DNA of 64,000 nucleotides, from positions 3,680,001 through 3,744,000 of the forward strand of contig OZ245006.1 of the NCBI GenBank assembly GCA_965223545.1. Reading direction: 5' to 3'. Below the pieces are notes generated by a model. That model was not told where the DNA came from, made no database searches, and saw nothing but the letters and a program-made list of their open reading frames with translations. This document shows, piece by piece, positions 9,031 to 19,650 of this stretch. How positions within the stretch are numbered: the stretch's first letter is position 1; each line of letters starts with the position of its first letter. The stretch is from Planctomycetota bacterium (GTDB lineage Bacteria; Planctomycetota; UBA1135; UBA2386). A program made the position numbers and the translations under genes.

Positions 9031-10201
9031 TCACCGCCTTCGCTTCGCCAAGAGGGACCGAACGTCGCGCAGCGCGAGCGCGCGGATTTGCTTGTCGATC
9101 TTGAACGAGTCCGGGCCAGGATACACGACATCGAGCCGATCGAGCCGAAGGTCGTCGAGCGCGACGCGCATCGATCGAGTCACGCTCGGTGCGTCGCTGC
9201 GTTTGAACTCGAATCCGATGCGCTGGCTGCCGGCGATGACCAGCAGGTCGAGCTCGGCTCCACCGTGCGTTGCCCAGAAGTAGCATTGCTCGGGACGTGC
9301 CCTGAGTGTTCGGATGACGACACCGAGAGCGAACCCCTCCCAGCTCGCGCCGAGCTTCGGGTGATGCTCCACTTGCGACCTCGTCTCCAGGTCGAGCAGT
9401 GTGTGGAGGAGTCCGCTGTCCTCGATGTAGACCTTGGCGGCCTTGACCGTCCGCTTGCCGACGTTCTCGAACCACGGTGGTAGTTTCCGAACGACGAACG
9501 TGTCCGCCAGCAAGTCGAGGTAGCGGCGCACGGTCGGCGGGGACACGCCGAGCGATCCAGCGATCTCCGCGGCATTCCACGTCTGGCCGTGGTAGTGCGC
9601 GAGCATCGACCAAAACTGGCGCAGCCTCGCAGCCGGAACCGTGACACCCAGTTGTGGCAGATCACGCTCGAGGAACGACTGGACGAAGTCACGGCGCCAC
9701 TCCGAGCTCTTTGCGTCGCTCCGCGCGAAGAAAGAACGCGGAAAGCCACCGCGTAGCCACAGCCGGTCGAGGCGCTGGACGCCGACCTCTTCGAGATCGA
9801 AACCCGGTAGCCGGTAGTAGGCGATCCGTCCCGCCAGAGTCTCGGATCCCTGGCGAAGCAGCTCTGGCGACGCGCTGCCGAGCACGAGGAAGCGAGTCGC
9901 TGGTCGCTTGCGGTCGATCAGGACACCGCAGCACCGGGAACAGCTCCGGCCGGTGCTGGATCTCGTCAAGGACGACGAGACCCGTCAGCCCCTCCAAGGC
10001 CAACATCGGGTTCGCCAGACGGTGGACATCTCGCGGGTCTTCGAGGTCGAATCGGGTCACCTTCCCCGCTCGTCGTTGGGCGACCTGCTTGGCCAGGGTG
10101 GTCTTGCCCGTCTGCCGAGCACCGTGCAGCAACACGGCGCGCCGATCTCGGAGCAGCCGTTCCAGCGCGGTGACGTGAGCGTCTCGCAAGAGGTCGGCCA
10201 T
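9031..10201 (-). pseudogene. AAA_14/DUF4143 ATP-binding protein with a +1 frameshift
   Basis: GARQTGKT Walker A and VVLDEIQ Walker B in one frame; LGSAS...ETLAGR, RGGFP, ELDLL, FEFK in another; one extra base near 9925 joins ELFPVLR to VLIDR. Confidence 0.85.
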
Positions 10202-10586
10202 CCACGCAATTCGAACGTTCACCGTTCGATTTTCATGGCTATGGAGAATCCGGTGACCGACCTCGGCGACAGCAGTGCTGGCGCAGCGCCGCACCGAGCT
10301 ACTCGGATTCGTTCGGGCGCGGTGTGTGCGCACGGCGCATGGTGTCTCTGGCCCCTCCCCCAAGGCGCCTGCTCAGGATTCAGGCTTAACACGCGCACAC
10401 GCCCAGGCCTCTGAGTTCGTGCTCTACGACTTCGAGAAGGTGGGCCATGTGATCCCGCTCCTGTGAGGACCTCAGGCGAACGGGCCAGCCTGGGGATCCT
10501 TGTCAAGGCGGCTCAAGGGCATGCTCGAGGTCGACCGAATTACCATTCTGTAGTAATATGTAGTACGTAGCGAAAGGAGCGACACC

Positions 10587-10844
10587 ATGAGCAAGACGAC
10601 CAGCTTCAACCTCGGCGACCACTTCGAAGGCTTCATCGCCGACCAGGTCGCGAGCGGCCAGTTCGGCAACAAGAGCGAAGTGATCCGCGCGGCGCTCCGC
10701 GACATGGAAGAAAGGCAACGCCGGGTAGCTACGCTGCAGATGATGCAGCGCAGCTTGGAAGACATCGACGCTGGCCGGACGAAGCCGGCCAAGCAAGCCA
10801 TCCGAGAGGCCGCCGAGGAACTCGGCCTCAAGCTGGACAGATGA
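10587..10844 (+). CDS. parD: Type II antitoxin, ParD (CC2985-like ribbon-helix-helix)
   Basis: TSFNLGDHFEGFIADQVASGQFGNKSEVIRAALR; AAGGAG RBS; ATGA overlap with the toxin gene. Confidence 0.85.
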   Translation: MSKTTSFNLGDHFEGFIADQVASGQFGNKSEVIRAALRDMEERQRRVATLQMMQRSLEDIDAGRTKPAKQAIREAAEELGLKLDR

Positions 10845-11170
10845 AGCGCTACGCGGTCGAGGTGACCAACACCACCGCGGCCGCGATCGTGGATCACGCA
10901 CGCTACATCGCGATCGAACGTCAGAACCTCAGAACGCGCAGGGCTGGCTCGAGTCCGCCTGGGACAAGGTCGACTCGCACCAGACCATGCCCAAGCGGTG
11001 CGCGATCGCGCCCGAAGACGAAGACGTGCCGTACGAGGTGCGCGCCATCCTCGTTGGAAGTGTCTCGCTCCTCTTCACTGTCGACGACGAACGATCAACC
11101 GTCTAGGTGATCGCAGTGCCCGGTGAGGGGCAGCTTCCACGACCAGAGAGCCTGCCGCCGTCACTGAGCA
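10841..11170 (+). pseudogene. parE: ParE/RelE-family toxin, inactivated
   Basis: MKRYAVEVT...YIAIERQ, frameshift near 10926, then PQNAQGWL...MPKRCAIAPED...LLFTVDDERSTV, TAG at 11104-11106, VIAV continues; end approximate. Confidence 0.75.
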
Positions 11171-11356
11171 ATCTGCAGGACGCCGACGGAGAGTACGGGC
11201 CGCTTCGAAAGGCGACCCGCTGGCAGGAAACACGAGACCATGCGACTGTCGGTTGCCCGCTCCTGTTTGACGCAGCGGCGTGGTCCGAGCGAGAGCGTCA
11301 AGGGTTTGATGCGAATCAGAGAACAGATCACCAGAATGGTGGCCGTTGGCCGAGTT

Positions 11357-13849
11357 TCAGAGCCCCGGACGCACCCACAGACACTGAGTCGTCGCGAAGC
11401 CACCGGCACTTGGGTCGTGCACGAATGCCTGCACGAAGACGTCATCGGCCCACGTCATCGTCGCCGGCAGTTGCAGCGTCAGCTGAAAGTTGCCACCGGC
11501 ATCTGCGTTCTGGAGCAGCGCTCCCTCGATCGACGGCATCACGACTACACCGCTGAGCGGCACGCACGCGAGGCGCTGACCGAAGACCAGCAGCACCTGC
11601 GCACCGGGCGCGGTCCCCGAGACATCGAGGGCCACGCGCCCTCCCGGCACGACCGCGCCTTGGCCGGTCAGGCTCGGCGACATCGCCGTCGCCCCGCCGT
11701 TGGCCCCGCCAAGGTCGACGAACACACCGGCCACCGCCGGCCGCGCACGCACCGAGAGATAGAGACTGCTGCCATCGGCCGCAGCCGCCTGCATCGCCGC
11801 GCCGGTCGCCGGCGCCGGGTCGAGGTAACGCAGGCCGCCGGCGGTGCGCAGCGGTCCGTCGATCGATGGGCCGACCATCGGCGTCGCCCGCAACGACGAC
11901 ACCTGCGCCACCAGCCGATAGCTCCGTCCCTGTCCGAGCAGCCAGTCCACGGGTACGCGTTGGCGGTGGTTGCGCACACCGGCAGGCAGCTGCAGCTCGG
12001 CGACGACGCGGGGCTGGGGATCGGTGACATCCCAGAGCACCGCATGCGCGGCCCCACCGGGCATGGCGAAGCCCGCGCCAGGCTGGCCATCCACCGCGAC
12101 CTCGGTAATGCGCACAGGCCCGCTCGCCGGCGTGGTGTCGAACGCCAGTCCGACGAACGCCTGCGGCGAGCCGCTCGGCTGCAACGCCGCGAGCGGCGCG
12201 CCCGGGCCCGGGACCGCCAGTCCACCACCCGCCGCGTCGGTGGCCGGTGCCTCCGCCGGCTGCGGCACGACGTCGCAGCCGCCGCGGCGGACGCGACCAC
12301 TGCGGAACACCTCGACCTCGCCACCCGCCAGGTCGGCGAAGGCGACGCGCAGGAGCGGATTGACGTTGTGATCGACCCGGTGCCGGCCCACGGTCCCGGC
12401 GAACTCGACGGCAATGTCGACGTCGTCCTCACCGAGCGCCAGGGCGAACGGCAACGCGTACTCATCCTGGTTGAGGTATCCCGCCGCGCTCGAGGTGAAC
12501 CGAAGCTGGGACACACCGGTGCTGCGCGCGCGCACGGTGACGCGGGCGCCGAACTCGTTGGCCAGCCCACCCGGCACTGCCAGCGAATCCCGCAGCGGAC
12601 GCACGCGCACCGTGCGGCGCGCCGTCGCCGGCGTCTGCCGATCGTAGGTCGTGTTCTCGTACAGTCGGCCCCGGTCGCCCCAGTTGGCGATCAGACAGTC
12701 GACGTCGCCATCGCGATCCCAGTCCGCCCAGCACGGTGCGGCCGTGGTGATGTGCGCCGCCGGAATGCTGTGCGGCGCGACGCGCAGGCTGCGCTGGCCG
12801 GTCTCGCGCCACAGGTTCTGCCGGAACACCTCGCGCGTGGTCAGGTCCAGATCGCCATCTTGATCCCAGTCCGCAACCGAGATGCCGAGCTGGATTCCGG
12901 CCGACGGAGTCTCGACGACGCCGTCCTCGCGCGCGAATGTCCCGTCGCCGCGGTTCTCCCACAGCACGATGCCGCTGGCCCAGTAGGACACGAACAGGTC
13001 GAGGTCGCCGTCGAGGTCGTAGTCGGCGAACACGGTTCCTTCGTCGAGCTCGCGGCGCTGTCCGATCCCCGAGGTCGTCTCGGCCAGCGGCACGAACCGC
13101 GGCGCGCCCGGCGCGGACGCGTTCTGGTAGAGCGTCCCGTTGGAGTAGAGGTCGAGGTCGCCGTCGCCGTCGAGGTCGACGAACTGCGCGCCCTCGGGCC
13201 GCGCCGAACCCGGCGTGTTGATCAGTCCCGCGGCCGCCGTCGCGGTCACGAAGCGGTACGCGCCGCCCGGCCCGGTCGGACCCTGATTGTGGAAGAACAC
13301 GTTGGAGCTGGACCCACCGGGCGGCGTCCCCGGCGGATAGGCCGGCACGAAGAGATCGAGGTTGCCGTCCCCATCGACGTCACCCCAGCAGATCGTCTCG
13401 GCATTCATGTCCGCGACTGCCGCGATGATCGTCCCCTGTGGGTCGGCGACCTGCCGGAACCGGCCGCCGCCGAGGTTCTGCAGCAACCGGAACTCCGCCG
13501 GCAGCGTTTGCCAGACCCGCGGCTCGATGGCCAGATCGGGCAAACCGTCGTTGTCGTAGTCGCCGGCGGAAGAGCCGTACTTGATGCCCGCACCGATCAC
13601 GCCCGAGAGGTTTGCGGTCAGCCGCCAGGAAACCCCGCCCAGGTTGCGCCAGAGCTCTCCCCCCAGCGCGTTGAACACGTCGACCCACCCGTCGCCGTCG
13701 TAGTCGACCACGGCAAGTCCTCGTGTGCTGCCGAAGTCGATTCCGGCGGGGAACTCGGCGCTGGTCCAGCGGCGCAGCGGAACGGAGACCACTTGGGCAG
13801 CGGCTCCCACTGCCAGGAGAGCGATCGCGATCGTCGGGCGGGCGAACAT
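11357..13849 (-). CDS. Secreted FG-GAP/CRTAC1-like (ASPIC-UnbV-type) beta-propeller protein with C-terminal beta-domain
   Basis: Signal peptide MFARPTIAIALLAVGAAAQ; about seven DxDxDGxxDL repeats; FGARVTV...GYLNQ segment. Confidence 0.85.
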   Translation of the reverse strand: MFARPTIAIALLAVGAAAQVVSVPLRRWTSAEFPAGIDFGSTRGLAVVDYDGDGWVDVFNALGGELWRNLGGVSWRLTANLSGVIGAGIKYGSSAGDYDNDGLPDLAIEPRVWQTLPAEFRLLQNLGGGRFRQVADPQGTIIAAVADMNAETICWGDVDGDGNLDLFVPAYPPGTPPGGSSSNVFFHNQGPTGPGGAYRFVTATAAAGLINTPGSARPEGAQFVDLDGDGDLDLYSNGTLYQNASAPGAPRFVPLAETTSGIGQRRELDEGTVFADYDLDGDLDLFVSYWASGIVLWENRGDGTFAREDGVVETPSAGIQLGISVADWDQDGDLDLTTREVFRQNLWRETGQRSLRVAPHSIPAAHITTAAPCWADWDRDGDVDCLIANWGDRGRLYENTTYDRQTPATARRTVRVRPLRDSLAVPGGLANEFGARVTVRARSTGVSQLRFTSSAAGYLNQDEYALPFALALGEDDVDIAVEFAGTVGRHRVDHNVNPLLRVAFADLAGGEVEVFRSGRVRRGGCDVVPQPAEAPATDAAGGGLAVPGPGAPLAALQPSGSPQAFVGLAFDTTPASGPVRITEVAVDGQPGAGFAMPGGAAHAVLWDVTDPQPRVVAELQLPAGVRNHRQRVPVDWLLGQGRSYRLVAQVSSLRATPMVGPSIDGPLRTAGGLRYLDPAPATGAAMQAAAADGSSLYLSVRARPAVAGVFVDLGGANGGATAMSPSLTGQGAVVPGGRVALDVSGTAPGAQVLLVFGQRLACVPLSGVVVMPSIEGALLQNADAGGNFQLTLQLPATMTWADDVFVQAFVHDPSAGGFATTQCLWVRPGL

Positions 13850-14011
13850 CTGCAAGAGCTTGCCGGGGCGCGGCGCGGCTGCTGCGCGCTTTTCCGGGTT
13901 GCGCGGATTCCCGCAGGGCCCAGGCCGGGCGGTAACGCTCCCGCAAGTGCTGGCGACCCTCGAGAGGGAGTCCGTCGCTGGACTCCCCTTCACCACGAAC
14001 GGAGACCCACG

Positions 14012-16180
14012 ATGACTGCGCCGGTTCGCTCGCTCCTCCTCCTGACCATCGCATTCTGGATTCCCCGGTCGGCGCCAGCTCAGCAGACCATCCACGTTCC
14101 CCCTCCACACGTCGGAGGAGACGACACCGCGGAGATCCTGAATGCGATGGGCCAGCTCACCGACGGTGACACGCTTCAGTTCAGCAGCGGGACGTACGAT
14201 GTCGCGTTATCCGGCTACCCGAACGGCATCGCCCTCACCTTCTCGAGCATCAGCGATCTGACCGTTGCGGGCGATCCCGGAGGGACGACGCTCGCCTTCC
14301 ACGGATTCGACCCCACGGTTCACGGTGACAACCTGACGCTCTGGTATGCGGGGCTCGTGTTTCAGAACTGCGACCGCGTGACGGTCGAGGACTTGGACGT
14401 TGAGGTTGTGCGTCCCCTCGCCACCGAAGGCGAGATCGTCTCCGTGCATTTCCCCGCCGCGGACCAAGCCGTCGTACACGTCCGGACCACCGACCCCCAG
14501 ATGGTCATCGCACCCGGAACATGGACGCTGCTGCAGCTCTCTCCGGTCTACAACGCCGCGCACGCAAATGCAGGGCAGCTCGTCGAACGCGCCCTCATCG
14601 GATCAGCAACAAGCGCGACTGCCAAGCTGAACGCCGCCCCTCCCGCCGGGTCGCAGCAAGACATCCTGATCAACTTCACGGGACTCGCGACCTGGGAGGT
14701 CGCGCGCTTCACCCATATGGATTCGATCAAGAGCGATCTCACCGCCGTGATCATGCATCAGAAGCGCTCCTTCCCCTGCACGGGAGGGCTATTCCAGGAC
14801 TGCGAGGACGTGACCGTGGTCCGTTCCGCCTTTCGCTCGTTCGTGAAGGGCACCTCCCTCGAACGCTGTTGAAACGCCGAGTTCGAGGACGTCACGATCG
14901 AGCCGCGCCTTCCTACGTGGAACGTCGGGTCGACGCGAGGTGGCTTCGGCGGCACCTACGGGATCGCTGGCAGCCTCGAGTACACGCGCTGTCAGGTCTC
15001 GGGTGCGTTCGATGAGGGCCTGGACGTCACCGGCCACATCTGGGCCAAGGTCAACACCTGGGAGCCGATGACCAACAAGCTACGCGTTTCTTCGTCGAAG
15101 CCCACCAAGGTCGACGCAGGCCTAGACCCTGCCAACTGGGGGGCCGGGAGCCTCGCTGCGGGCGACCAGGTTTGGGTCTACGAGCCGGATCTCGGCGAAC
15201 CCAAGGCAGTGTTCGAGATCGTCTCCGCGATCTCGACCAACCCGACTCCGCCCAAGGCTCCGTGGATCTTGACCCTCAACCCCATCATCTACGACCCGTC
15301 CAATCCCCCCTCCGACGACGATCCGGTCTCGTTGCGCGGGAACATCTACGACAGCGTCGTGGTCGAGCAGTGTCAGTTCACCGGTGGCAGGGGCGTCGGG
15401 GTCATGCTGTCCGGCCCGAACGTCGTGGTCCGCGACTGCATCTTCACGAACCTGGCGCGCTCCGCGATCCGAGTGCAGACAGTGTTCGACGTCACGCTCG
15501 ATCTGAACTCGGCGGGCCCACCACCGCACAACGTCACGATCGAGAACAACGTCGTGAACCAGTGCAACGCCTGGAGCAACAAGGACTGGCCCTGGGACTC
15601 CATGGTTCACTGGGGACAAGCGATCGGGGCCATCGACGTCTCGGTGATGTACGAGCAAAACACCAACCTCATCCGCGCCCCCCGGTCGGCGGTGCACAAC
15701 GTGCTCATCACCGGAAACGCCGTGCAAGCGACCGAACGCGCCGGCATCTGCGTGGCATCCACGACGAATGCGACCATCGAGGGCAACGTGTTCGGGCCGG
15801 CCGTCGCCTCCCACTTCTTGGGTACCCCGGCGGTCGAGAACTCGCTCGTCTACCTCGAGAACTGCCTGACTGTCTCGGTGGTTGGCAACTCAACGCGGCC
15901 AGGGCCGCAACCAAACACGGAGCGTTCCGCGACCCGAGCGTCGGTCGCGGGTCCCGCGGTCGCCGGCGGCCGCGCTGAGCCCAGAGGCCAGTGTTGTCTT
16001 CGAGCCTCCGGGAGCTGCGTTGTCGAAGTTCCAGCGGCATCGAGCCTTCCGAGAGGTTGTCGCAGCGCGAAGATTTGCGGACCCTGAGGCTCAACGGTCC
16101 CCGGGCAACCGGCGGGCGTGGTCTCGCTTCGCATCGGGCCCGATGTGACGAACGTGCACGACTCGGGAAACACCTGGTGA
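14012..16180 (+). pseudogene. Secreted right-handed beta-helix protein (GH110/pectin-lyase-like), interrupted by an in-frame TGA and a 201-bp element
   Basis: GGAG + ATG 14012, signal peptide, DDTAEI..A...GDTLQF..GTY; TGA at 14870-14872 with the same frame continuing; removing 15893-16093 gives VVGNS-TVPGQPAGVVSLRIGPDVTNVHDSGNTW*. Confidence 0.8.
15893..16093 (+). mobile_element. ~200-bp structured non-coding element, copy A (diverged)
   Basis: Starts (A)CGCGGC-N4-GCCGCAACCAAAC, contains GCCGCGCTGAGCC and GAGCCTCCG, ends GAGGCTCA; CTCAACG occurs at both junctions. Confidence 0.85.
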
Positions 16181-16209
16181 GCACCGCCCGCCCGCTGAAT
16201 CTCGGTTGT

Positions 16210-19200
16210 TCAGCGCGGCGCCACGCGCGCGTGCTGGCCCGCGATGATCTCGAAGGCGGCAACGGGCTCCCAGTTCTGCACGGAGGTCCGGTCGTCCTCG
16301 CGCCGCCGCAACTCCACCGACCCCGCGGGCAGAGCGTCGATGCGGTGCGTGCCGTCGCCGCCCGGGTCGAACCGGTACGTGAACTTCGGGGCGTCGTCGG
16401 GAGTGCTCATCCACACCAGCGCGTACCCTTCGTGCCGATCTTGTTCGGGCGGAGAACTCGACGCGGGAAGGTCCACGAGCTCGACGCCACCGGTGGGCAC
16501 TTGGAGGTAGAACGAGTTGGGGCCCTCGCCGACCGTCACGCTCTGCCGCACTTCGAGCTGGCCACCCGCGGGCAACCGCCCGAAGAAGGAGAGCGACGCC
16601 ATGCCAGTGGCTCCGCGCTGCGAGAACGATCCGTCGGCCGCCGTCTTCGTGAACACACGCGGGCCCTGACTCCACAAGCTGACACGCCAACCGCCGCAAT
16701 CAATCCCGTCGAGCACCAGACGACCCCGCAGCTCGGCGCCATAGCGGCCGGTCAGGTCCACGTCGAACACGGAGGTCCGTCCCGGCAACAGTTGCACGTC
16801 GACCGGCAGCGCGTCGAGTTCGCGATCCGGCCAAGTGCGCGCCATGCGCAGCCATTTCTGATCGTCGGTTTCGCACGCCCGCACCTGCCAGCCGCCGGGC
16901 GCGAGCCCGTCGAACCGAAACCGACCGTCCGCGTCCGTCACGCACACTTCGGCGTGGCCGTCGCCACGCGTGGCCGCGATGACCCGCCCCTCGACGCTGG
17001 CGTATCCGCCGGTCAACACGCGGCCCTCGACCGCGGCCGGCTCGGCCAGCGTGATCTCGACGCCCGGGAGAGACATCTCGGGCGAAAGGTCGAGCTCGGC
17101 GGACTCTCCGCGCGCCCAGGCGTCGGCTTCGGCGTGCAAGACGTAGCGCCCGGCCCGATGCACGGACAGCTCGAACCGCCCGTCGGGATCGGTCTTCGCC
17201 GTAGGGCCGCGCGCCCCTTGCAACCGCGTGTAGACGTCGCGCGCGAAGCGGTGGTACTTCCGGCGCGGGTCGAGCCAGTGCACATGGACCGTCGCGCCCT
17301 CCAGCGGCTGGCCGGCCGCGAGCACGCGACCGGTGACGACGCCGGCTTCGCGCAGCTGGACCTCGACGCGCGCGGGCACTTCGTCCGGCTCGAAGGGCCC
17401 GAGCCGCGCCGGCAGGTAACCGTTCGCCTGCACCGTCAGCGAGAACTCCTGTTCGGGCACCACCGCCAGGCGCCGGCCGTCCTGACCTTCTTCCCAACCG
17501 AGGTGGAGGTGGCCACCCCGTTCGTCGTAGGCCCAAGCTCCGGTCGGCTCGATCGGGCGGCCACGCGCATCGGCCACGACGAGCTCGAACAGCCGCTTCG
17601 CGCGGAACTGCAGCACGACATCGTGGGTTCCCGCCGCGATGTCGTGTAGCAGGAGCTGACGTCGCCCGCGGCCGTGCTGCTCGACTTCAAGGGTGTAGCG
17701 TGCGCCGGACAAGACGACGGCGGAGAAAGAGCCGTCGCTGCCCGAGGACGCATAGGTCTTGGCGTTGATGTTGCGCGGTCCGCGGTCGTCGAACACCGCG
17801 ATTCGCGCGTCCGCGATCGGCCCGCCGGACTCGTCACGCACGTGGCCCGCGATGAGGTTGTCCGAAGGAACGCTTCCGAGCGTGAGAACCGGCGCCTCGG
17901 CTTCTCCACCGGCCGGCACCGCGATCGGCGCGGTGTAGGTGCACAGCCGGCCAGCGCGGCGCGCGACCACAGAAACTCGACCGGCCGGTACGCCCTCGAA
18001 CCGATAACGTCCCAGATCGTCGGTCTCGGCCGAAGCCCGGAGCCCGTCCCCGAGGCCGGTGAAACCCTCACCGTAGACACGGCGGTGTTCTTCGGTAGGG
18101 CCCGACGATGCCGTAGCCCCCTGCACGACCCAGACGCGCGCACGCGCGGCCGGTTCGCCGTCGACGTCGCGCACGCTTCCCGACAGCGCTCCGCCTGGCG
18201 ACAAGACCAGCTCGCCCAAAGAAATCTCGAGAACGCCGGTGTCCTGCACGGGCTCTCTTCGCGTCAGGGTCGTCAGGCTCTCGCCGGCCGCCTCGACCAC
18301 GATCCAATGGTGGTTGCCGTCGGTGAGCTCCGCGGGCCAGGCGACTTCGAGCGTCGCGCGCCCGTCTCGATCCGTAACGACGCTCGGGCGCCCCACGACG
18401 TGGGCCGCGGTGAGGTGGGCACCTTCGATGGGCTGGCCGGCCGGGTCCACACACCGGGCGACCACGACGAGTCGCGTGTCGGTTCGCGGGCTCGGGACGG
18501 CGGGTCGCTTGGCAACGACCTCGCGCTCGGGTTCACCGCCGCTTGCGATCGACGCGTCGTTCTCGTCTCGCGTCGCACCGGAGGTCTCGTTTCGGAGGGA
18601 ACCAATCGCGCCCGTGGAGGCAGTGTCGAATCTTGCCGTGGGGTGTGCGGCGTCGGTACCGCGATCCCACAGCAACCAGCTCGTGGCCGCGCCGCCGAGG
18701 ATGGCGATGGCGAGCAACGCTTTGGTGGTGGTCTTCATGAGCCAGACTCCTCCTGGCGTGAACGTCGCCGTGGTCGCGGTGGCCGTGGACCGACGGTCGA
18801 GCAGTGGCAGCAGTGCGAGTGCGAGGGTGCGGGGGTCGCGTTGGTCCCGTGCGAGGCGTGCGCGCAGCACCGCGAGCGTGCGCGAGAGTCGACTGCGCAC
18901 CGCGACGCTCGTGCAACCGAGCTGCCTGGCGATGGTGCGCGGGGGCAGGCCTTCGAAGTATCGCTTCACGACGACTTCGCGGTCGGCGTCCGGCAACGAG
19001 AGGACCGCGTCCAGAAGTCTCCCGTGCGCGAGAATCGACTCGTCAGGATGGACGGCGGGGACATGCTCGGCGCGGGCGGCGGCGCGTTCGCGCGCGGCGC
19101 GGCGGGCGTCGCCGCGCCGCCGCATGCGGGCGGAGTTCTCGGCGACCCGCCCGAGCCAACGGCGCAAGCGGCCCTCGCTGTGCGCTCGATGGGGCGGATG

Positions 19201-19329
19201 CGACAACGCGGCGACCCATGTGTCCTGCACGACGTCGTCCGCCAGGTGCGGATCGCGCACCAGCTGCCGCGCGAGGCAACGAAGCCACGCCGTCTGGGCC
19301 AGCAGCAACTGTGGGTCGACTTCGGTCAC
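16210..19329 (-). CDS. ECF sigma-70 factor fused to TM and carboxypeptidase-regulatory-like repeats
   Basis: ADDVVQDTW, IARQLGCTSVAVRSRLSR, TM segment, many GRV/TD.DGRF repeats. Confidence 0.9.
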   Translation of the reverse strand: MTEVDPQLLLAQTAWLRCLARQLVRDPHLADDVVQDTWVAALSHPPHRAHSEGRLRRWLGRVAENSARMRRRGDARRAARERAAARAEHVPAVHPDESILAHGRLLDAVLSLPDADREVVVKRYFEGLPPRTIARQLGCTSVAVRSRLSRTLAVLRARLARDQRDPRTLALALLPLLDRRSTATATTATFTPGGVWLMKTTTKALLAIAILGGAATSWLLWDRGTDAAHPTARFDTASTGAIGSLRNETSGATRDENDASIASGGEPEREVVAKRPAVPSPRTDTRLVVVARCVDPAGQPIEGAHLTAAHVVGRPSVVTDRDGRATLEVAWPAELTDGNHHWIVVEAAGESLTTLTRREPVQDTGVLEISLGELVLSPGGALSGSVRDVDGEPAARARVWVVQGATASSGPTEEHRRVYGEGFTGLGDGLRASAETDDLGRYRFEGVPAGRVSVVARRAGRLCTYTAPIAVPAGGEAEAPVLTLGSVPSDNLIAGHVRDESGGPIADARIAVFDDRGPRNINAKTYASSGSDGSFSAVVLSGARYTLEVEQHGRGRRQLLLHDIAAGTHDVVLQFRAKRLFELVVADARGRPIEPTGAWAYDERGGHLHLGWEEGQDGRRLAVVPEQEFSLTVQANGYLPARLGPFEPDEVPARVEVQLREAGVVTGRVLAAGQPLEGATVHVHWLDPRRKYHRFARDVYTRLQGARGPTAKTDPDGRFELSVHRAGRYVLHAEADAWARGESAELDLSPEMSLPGVEITLAEPAAVEGRVLTGGYASVEGRVIAATRGDGHAEVCVTDADGRFRFDGLAPGGWQVRACETDDQKWLRMARTWPDRELDALPVDVQLLPGRTSVFDVDLTGRYGAELRGRLVLDGIDCGGWRVSLWSQGPRVFTKTAADGSFSQRGATGMASLSFFGRLPAGGQLEVRQSVTVGEGPNSFYLQVPTGGVELVDLPASSSPPEQDRHEGYALVWMSTPDDAPKFTYRFDPGGDGTHRIDALPAGSVELRRREDDRTSVQNWEPVAAFEIIAGQHARVAPR

Positions 19330-19516
19330 GCCCCTTCAGGATGCCACCGACCCCGAACCGTGGCAGGAAACGTGGGGTGCCCCAATGCGCGCGGGACCCG
19401 TTCACGACCTGCGGGCCGCTCACGCAATCGGCCGCGCCGGCTCTGGCCCGACGAGCGGAAGGTGCACGATGCCCGAGGGCGACTCGGTGAAACCGGCGCA
19501 GCCGGGACCGGGCCTT

Positions 19517-19640
19517 TCGGTCCAATTTGTCCTTCCTGGCGCGCATCTACCACAGAGGTTGTCCCTTGGCGCATCTTGCCCGATTCTCCGCTCCGACCAA
19601 ATTGGCCCGATTGACACCATCGCCCACTCCCAGCCATGCT
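19517..19640 (+). promoter_or_regulatory. Probable pdxR promoter and operator
   Basis: Inverted repeat TCGGTCCAATTTG (19517-19529) / CAAATTGGCCCGA (19598-19610, one mismatch) abutting TTGACA (19611-19616)-N18-CATGCT (19635-19640). Confidence 0.55.
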
Positions 19641-19650
19641 GCGCGTTCTC

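Noticed and set aside
9920..9930. Programmed frameshift in the ATPase gene
   Set aside because: No slippery run at the site; an ordinary 1-nt insertion or sequencing error is more likely
11240..14011. N-terminal ~920 aa of the 1210-aa plus-strand ORF
   Set aside because: Antisense shadow of the FG-GAP gene; real coding starts at ATG 14012 after GGAG
14870..14872. Selenocysteine recoding of the in-frame TGA
   Set aside because: Position is in a beta-helix rung of a secreted non-redox protein; a nonsense mutation or sequencing error is simpler
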